A DNA stretch of 53,143 nucleotides, taken from positions 1-53,143 of IMG/VR virus record IMGVR_UViG_3300039412_000400. The stretch is one strand, 5' to 3'. The position numbers were made by a program, and so were the translations under genes. This document shows, in pieces, positions 47,650 through 53,143 of this stretch; the first letter of the stretch is position 1, and the number at the start of each line of letters is the position of its first letter. The stretch comes from a virus (lineage: Duplodnaviria > Caudoviricetes). The notes under the pieces were generated by a model. The model searched no databases and was not told where the DNA came from. It saw only the letters and a list, made by a program, of their open reading frames with translations.

Positions 47650-49719
47650 ATGAAAAAACTAGCAAATGAGCAGATTTCAGAAATTATCGCGCTATATCAA
47701 CAAGGCGTGCCGCCAAAAATTATTGGAGAAAAGTTTGGCATTTTTAATAACAGTGTTACGCGCATCTTACGTAAAAAAGGCATTGATCGCAATCAATTAG
47801 AAAAGGTTAATGATGAAGATGTCAAATACTTGATTGAACAATATATTGCTGGCAAATCATCTACACTTATAGCGTGTGAACTTGACATTTGCGATACTAC
47901 CGTTGTAAGGATACTCAGGCGCAATAATATTACTATACGGCCAAATGAAGATAATAAGCGAAAATACAAGATCGATCAAAATTATTTTCATGCCATTGAT
48001 ACCGAAGAAAAGGCCTATTTTTTAGGGCTATTATATGCTGATGGTAATTTGTCTAATACACGCCATGACGTAAGATTATGCCTACAAAAAGAAGATAGCG
48101 ATATTGTTGAGAAGTTTTCTAGAGCAATATATGGATTTGCTAAAACCTATCAAACGGAAGCTACATTGCAAGACGGATCTGTTAGATATTATGTAAACGC
48201 GCCAATATATAGTAAACAAATACATCACGATTTAGTTAAATTGGGGTGTACGCCGAATAAAGCATTTGATATTCGTGTGCCAACATTTTTGTCAGCAGAA
48301 TTGCTTCGTCATTTTATTCGTGGATATTTTGATGGCGATGGGTGTATTAGTATTGCTAATGTAAATAAGCCAGTAATTGACTTTAGTTCTAATGCTATTT
48401 TCATTAGAGAACTAATTCCGATTTTAGAGTCAAATGGAATTAAATGTGGCAAATTATGTCTAAATAAAGAGAACGAATTATCTGGAAGCGTTCAACTAAC
48501 AAGCCTAGATAATGTTGTAAAGTGCTATAACTATTTATATGATGGCTGCACTATTTATATGAACAGAAAATACAACACATTTCAAGAGCTGTTACGCGTG
48601 CAAAAAGACAAATGCGATCGTAAAACTGGTAAAATATGCAATATAAACAATTATGGAACAACATTTATACCAACATACAATGACACAATACTAACTAGTG
48701 ATAACATTAAAATTATGAGCGCCGAGCAAAAAGAAGATGTCGCACAGTTTTTGCTATCTTTTTATAGGCAGCATGGATTTCCATATCCAATACTGGAAGA
48801 CGTGGAATTGATACGACAATTTGCTGCACTTAAAAATACGAATGTTGATACGATAGAGAAAGATCATATATTGCGTACAGATAACCAGTCTGGCTCCAGA
48901 ATAACTCGACATTTTTCACCACATTTTTTCGAAGTAAAATCTGGTATTGATACTTCTTGGCCGAGCCTATTAGAAGCTTTTGAGAGCGATAAACTTCTAC
49001 TACACACCATCAAAAATAGATTGGGATATAACTATGGTATGACTGGAAATATGCTACGACAGGGGCTAGCAAACTCAAAAATAGCTTTCAAGGCTAGCAC
49101 ATTTAATACTGTTGTTGCTAAATACATTTATTCCAAATACACAAAAGAAAACAGCATAATTTACGACTACTCAATGGGTTTTGGACAAAGATTGACTGCA
49201 GCATTGTCGCTTCCATACCACATCAAATATGTGGGAGTGGATGTTTGGGACAAGTCATATGAAAGTAATCAAAAGATTTTTGCGTTCCTTAATAAAAATG
49301 TACCGTTTCTAAACAAAGAGGCAGAGCTTTATTGTATTGGATCGGAAAATTATTGTGCCAACGAAATGATTGGAAAAGTAAATGTTGCTTTTTCTAGCCC
49401 ACCATACTATATTTTGGAGCACTACACTGATGATGAAACGCAGGCATATGCTAGTGGCAATTATTTGAAGTTTTTAGATTGGTGGCGAGCAACTACTAAC
49501 AATGTTGATCGGCTATTGGCAAAAGATGGAGTATTCATTATAAACGTGAATAATATTGTGGATGGATTTAATATTGGCGAAGATATGTGCGGAATAATAA
49601 AAGAGAAAGGCTATGTTTTGGAGGAAACATATAGGATCAGGCTTACCAGAAACCTTCAATTTGCCAACAAAACCGGAACACACAAATATGAGCCAATTTA
49701 TGTTTTCAGGCGCGGCTAA
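47650..49719 (+). CDS. HTH-LAGLIDADG endonuclease fused to an amino-DNA methyltransferase domain
   Basis: Two HTH repeats, AYFLGLLYADG and RHFIRGYFDGDG, then SAM-binding YDYSMGFG and catalytic FSSPPY; AAGGAG SD. Confidence 0.85.
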   Translation: MKKLANEQISEIIALYQQGVPPKIIGEKFGIFNNSVTRILRKKGIDRNQLEKVNDEDVKYLIEQYIAGKSSTLIACELDICDTTVVRILRRNNITIRPNEDNKRKYKIDQNYFHAIDTEEKAYFLGLLYADGNLSNTRHDVRLCLQKEDSDIVEKFSRAIYGFAKTYQTEATLQDGSVRYYVNAPIYSKQIHHDLVKLGCTPNKAFDIRVPTFLSAELLRHFIRGYFDGDGCISIANVNKPVIDFSSNAIFIRELIPILESNGIKCGKLCLNKENELSGSVQLTSLDNVVKCYNYLYDGCTIYMNRKYNTFQELLRVQKDKCDRKTGKICNINNYGTTFIPTYNDTILTSDNIKIMSAEQKEDVAQFLLSFYRQHGFPYPILEDVELIRQFAALKNTNVDTIEKDHILRTDNQSGSRITRHFSPHFFEVKSGIDTSWPSLLEAFESDKLLLHTIKNRLGYNYGMTGNMLRQGLANSKIAFKASTFNTVVAKYIYSKYTKENSIIYDYSMGFGQRLTAALSLPYHIKYVGVDVWDKSYESNQKIFAFLNKNVPFLNKEAELYCIGSENYCANEMIGKVNVAFSSPPYYILEHYTDDETQAYASGNYLKFLDWWRATTNNVDRLLAKDGVFIINVNNIVDGFNIGEDMCGIIKEKGYVLEETYRIRLTRNLQFANKTGTHKYEPIYVFRRG

Positions 49720-49817
49720 AATTTCATATCTATCGCTAATAAATAGCATATGTGCCATATTACAAGCCATACCAATATTTTTGCATTACCACATAGATCT
49801 ATCATAAGAAGAGGCCC

Positions 49818-50537
49818 ATGCTTTTACCATTACCAGACGTTTTTGACATATATGATTTGATATCAAGCGGCTCAAAAGATATTAATGTTCGCAATCAATC
49901 AAGAATGCTTAGAAAAGCCGCATTTGACACATTATGTCCAAAAGATGGGTTCACAAAAGTAGCATTTGATACACGTCGTATTGATCAAGAAACTGGTTTT
50001 AATCCAAGACGTGGATTACAGAATTATAATCGAAGTGAAGCATTTGTTAGCGAAGCAATGTCGCAAAAAGTAAAAAACTTTGCGAAACTTCGCACAGTTC
50101 TCAATACAATTCACGATAAGTATGGCAGAGAACATGAATGGCAAGATTCTAATGCGCGTGTTCTGCTTTCAACGCTTGATAATGGATTAAGAACATTCAT
50201 AAAAGACGGCGATTTCACTGATAGTCAGCCATCAATGGGCAGTTTTGATTATATTGAAGAGCTTCTTCATGTTCGATATAGACTTGGCTTCGATGATCTT
50301 ACAAAACTTGGTGAGCAAGAACTTGAACATATTATTCTTTCTAAAGATGAAGATTTGCTTCATAAAGACATGAACCATGCACTTGAAATTAGAAAATCAG
50401 ATATTGGAAAAGAAAATTACAATGATCTGATTGAGAAGTTATTAGCTGATTGTCGAGCAAGTGCTGAACACCCAAATGTTGAACGAGAAATCACCATTAG
50501 AGTTAGAGATACGTTTTTGGAGAAGAAAGGCGCCTAA
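49818..50537 (+). CDS. Hypothetical protein
   Basis: GAGG SD, preceded by the YAATA-N5-RYAT motif; RKAAFD and TKVAFD. Confidence 0.75.
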   Translation: MLLPLPDVFDIYDLISSGSKDINVRNQSRMLRKAAFDTLCPKDGFTKVAFDTRRIDQETGFNPRRGLQNYNRSEAFVSEAMSQKVKNFAKLRTVLNTIHDKYGREHEWQDSNARVLLSTLDNGLRTFIKDGDFTDSQPSMGSFDYIEELLHVRYRLGFDDLTKLGEQELEHIILSKDEDLLHKDMNHALEIRKSDIGKENYNDLIEKLLADCRASAEHPNVEREITIRVRDTFLEKKGA

Positions 50538-50540
50538 CCA

Positions 50541-51179
50541 ATGGATGTTTTTGCGCCAGGTCATAAAAAATGTTGTGCATTTGTTGTGAGAAACGTTTCA
50601 CGACAATATAAGACCATTCATATTTTTCATTATCCTATTAATTTAGGCTGCACACGAGATTTGCTTGCAATTCCTGGCGTTGCAGAGGACGATATTCGTG
50701 CATCTTTATTAAAAGGCGAAATTAAACATAAGTTTGATTGCAAAGATATTGAACTTGTTTATAGCGATATTGATTTGCTACAATTTAGTGAATGTAATAG
50801 GAATTGGCTTATAAGTCTTGGTTTTACAATTGGAGTTCAAGTTGGATATGACGAATTAGACGGATATGTGCAAAGCCTTTTCCAAACAAGTGGGGGCATT
50901 CGTTATTTATGGAGAGAAGAAAAAAATCTTATAGGAATATGTGATTGCACAAATAGAGTTTTTAATACCGTAGAAAAATTCTTAAATGGAACATATGTCA
51001 CTGGTGATCAGTTCCACATTCATATAAAACATAACGGAAAAGACCTTTATGAAGGAATAGACTATCTTATTAGCGAATCTGGTGGAACAGGAACAGGATA
51101 TGATACAATCACACTTATATCATTCACTCCAAATAAACACAGTGTATTAAAATGCACATATGCTGTTCCAGTTCCATAA
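50541..51179 (+). CDS. Probable virion structural protein
   Basis: C-terminal NG..L..G.DY..SES.G...DTI beta domain typical of phage structural proteins; contains DGY. Confidence 0.6.
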   Translation: MDVFAPGHKKCCAFVVRNVSRQYKTIHIFHYPINLGCTRDLLAIPGVAEDDIRASLLKGEIKHKFDCKDIELVYSDIDLLQFSECNRNWLISLGFTIGVQVGYDELDGYVQSLFQTSGGIRYLWREEKNLIGICDCTNRVFNTVEKFLNGTYVTGDQFHIHIKHNGKDLYEGIDYLISESGGTGTGYDTITLISFTPNKHSVLKCTYAVPVP

Positions 51180-51251
51180 TCTTTTTGCAAATATAGGCAA
51201 TAATCTCATATATAGTTTGAGTTATATCAATTGATTACTTAGGAAAATAAC

Positions 51252-53048
51252 GTGCCAACCGTTTATAATGCTGTGCGATTAAACCTTGTGGATCAGGCAC
51301 TTGACATCGCCGGTTCATTATCACAAAATTCAACAATGACGCTAATTAATGAGCCAGCGGGCATTGGACTACCTCTTACTGGTCAGGCAGGTTCCGGAGC
51401 CACTGTTGCGTCAATAAATGCTGGTGATGTAACAATTACTGGCTTAACAGGTATGACGGCTGATTCTGTCGGTCATTTCTTGGGGATATCAGGCGCAACA
51501 AATACCACAAATGATGGATATTTCCTAATTGATGGATATAATAGCGCAACATCGGTTAATATTGTTAATACAAATGCTGTTCTTGGCGATAGTTTTGCAT
51601 GGTGCGAATGCTATTCTTATAGCTTGCTTGCTGACTTAAACTATGAACGAACGGATCGTACTTTAATTAAGGGCGTTCCTTATTATGATCCAATTCCAAC
51701 ATATCAGCGTCCAACAGCCATTGGTACAAATGTTCCTGCCAATTTATCTAATATTGCCGGCTGTACAACAGATGCAGTTGCATATTGCGTTAACCGAGCA
51801 TTCTATGGTGTTCAGGTAAATCCTGGCGATCTGAAAGAAACGATTACTGCTACGGGAATGTTAAAACACGCCGATGCAGTTGATCAAACAGGTATTCCTT
51901 GCTTCGATTCTGGTCCATTTGCCGGTGACTGGAACTCTTGCTACGTTCATGTTGTAGATGGCTATCAAGAAGGTATTGAGTTTAGCGTTTTGGCAGGCGT
52001 GCATCAAGGTGAGAGAATCTTTGGTATTACATATGCAGGTGCAACCGGAACTTCAAAAGACTCGGTTGAAGTTCATTTCTATTCGGCACCATGGCAGTTA
52101 AATTATGCAACAAATGCAACTCCATATGAGTGGGAATCTGGACAGGATGGATATGCCAACTTCCTATATGGCTACAACGAGCGCCTTGATAGCATGGATA
52201 AGAACGCTTTAAGAACTGTTCCAACTCTTGGTATTCTTGTTGATGCTCAAATGGAAAGCCAGATTAATAATATCATCGAGACCATTGGTTCATTTGATGG
52301 TTATACAAGCCTTGCTGGCCTATTAACAAATCTTGGCGAATACTATCCGTTCTATCATCTAAATACAGCAACTCCAACTGTTGTTGATGCTCTTAATATC
52401 CTAAATCAACAGGACGGCGACAATACCTTTACAGGTAATATTTATGGTGGCGGAACACTACTTGAAGACGGCTATACCACAACCTATAACTTAAACGTTT
52501 TAGGTGCCAATTTAGGTGTAAATACCAATTATACCGAAGGTAGTTTCAATACTGGCACTTTGCTTGTTGATGGTTACAGCATTACACAACTATTGCAGCT
52601 CTTGGGCTCAAACATCGGTGATAACACCAATTATTCTGGTGGAAACGTTTCTGATGGTTACTCAATTACTCAAAGTATACAATACTTTAACCAGACAATT
52701 GGATATTATGGAAACTTTACTGGCTCAGTTCTTAATGATGGATATTCGATTTCACAGAACTTGCAGCAACTTGCTAATTCAATTACGACATCAACCACCA
52801 CTCGCTATATTGATAGAATAACAGGTGGAGATGTATCAGCAAATACACCTCGTACTCTTCCGGGCGGTGCAACATATACATTAGATGGTACCGGAAATGG
52901 CGCAAATCTCTTTGTATATACTCGCGGACTTCTCAGAGACCCAGGACCAGTTTCTGGCTCAAATGATTATACAGAAACGAGCACCACGTCTGTAACGTTC
53001 TATACCAAGCTAAAAAACGGTGATCATATTAACTATTTCATCAAGTAA
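51252..53048 (+). CDS. Fiber-like structural protein with DGY repeats
   Basis: GTG start with AGGA SD; Gly/Thr/Asn-rich; four tandem ~30-aa DGY[ST] repeats; C-terminal NDYTET beta domain. Confidence 0.7.
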   Translation: MPTVYNAVRLNLVDQALDIAGSLSQNSTMTLINEPAGIGLPLTGQAGSGATVASINAGDVTITGLTGMTADSVGHFLGISGATNTTNDGYFLIDGYNSATSVNIVNTNAVLGDSFAWCECYSYSLLADLNYERTDRTLIKGVPYYDPIPTYQRPTAIGTNVPANLSNIAGCTTDAVAYCVNRAFYGVQVNPGDLKETITATGMLKHADAVDQTGIPCFDSGPFAGDWNSCYVHVVDGYQEGIEFSVLAGVHQGERIFGITYAGATGTSKDSVEVHFYSAPWQLNYATNATPYEWESGQDGYANFLYGYNERLDSMDKNALRTVPTLGILVDAQMESQINNIIETIGSFDGYTSLAGLLTNLGEYYPFYHLNTATPTVVDALNILNQQDGDNTFTGNIYGGGTLLEDGYTTTYNLNVLGANLGVNTNYTEGSFNTGTLLVDGYSITQLLQLLGSNIGDNTNYSGGNVSDGYSITQSIQYFNQTIGYYGNFTGSVLNDGYSISQNLQQLANSITTSTTTRYIDRITGGDVSANTPRTLPGGATYTLDGTGNGANLFVYTRGLLRDPGPVSGSNDYTETSTTSVTFYTKLKNGDHINYFIK

Positions 53049-53056
53049 GTAATTAG

Positions 53057-53143
53057 GTGAACTACTCATCGCCTAAAGGCGAGAGCTTCTTGGATCGTCA
53101 TTGATCCAACATATGACGGTTGAGCCATCATAGCCTGTCCCAG
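53057..53143 (-). mobile_element. IS200/IS605-family terminus resembling the 3' end of a TnpB omega-RNA (element continues beyond the window)
   Basis: Minus strand reads ...TTGGATC-aatgac-GATCCAA-GAAGCTCTCGCC-TTTA-GGCGATGAGTAGTTCAC, the GAAGC...TTTA...GAGTAGTTCAC architecture I recognise from TnpB right ends. Confidence 0.65.

Noticed and set aside
738-52821. Many short antisense or out-of-frame ORFs in the track (e.g. 2538-3092, 10872-11501, 15957-16418)
   Set aside because: They lie inside longer genes with clear motifs or RBSs and have no recognisable motifs of their own.
1-53143. tRNA/rRNA genes and stop-codon recoding
   Set aside because: No cloverleaf or rRNA-like sequence was seen in the short intergenic gaps. 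Conserved genes are uninterrupted in code 11, and TAA, TGA and TAG all serve as stops.

Overview
The window is a 53-kb, AT-rich, gene-dense segment of a large tailed dsDNA phage, probably jumbo-type, and it reads cleanly in the standard genetic code. Positions 1-9.8 kb hold a replication/recombination module: RecA/UvsX, a gp32-like SSB, a RuvC-like resolvase, DnaJ, a DnaG-like primase, a sigma region-4 protein and an HNH endonuclease. An intrinsic terminator closes it. From ~9.9 kb there is a very long head/virion module: large terminase, portal, prohead protease-scaffold, duplicated decoration-like genes, major capsid protein, a fiber-like protein and many uncharacterised proteins. Four more free-standing homing endonucleases and a LAGLIDADG-methyltransferase fusion are interspersed, and the window ends in an IS200/IS605 (TnpB omega-RNA-like) terminus. 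The most striking signal is a set of short peptide tags shared by otherwise unrelated proteins of the head module. These are K-x-A sites, an A-x-x-[LF]-[DE]-x-x-G helical hairpin, D-D-N-D-A motifs, and an 18-aa YYQGGGGVNEPTPGKPKY peptide shared between the scaffold and a CCA/poly(A)-family nucleotidyltransferase whose EDxxR specificity motif is altered. I infer a capsid-loading and maturation code that packages enzymes (nucleotidyltransferase, Cys-His-Asp domain, Tyr phosphatase, transglycosylase, membrane proteins) for injection. Two candidate promoter motifs also stand out, YAATA-N5-RYAT (late) and GTTATAT (early/homing endonuclease genes), along with a probable nested scaffold gene. All calls are from motif recognition by eye; no database searches were run.
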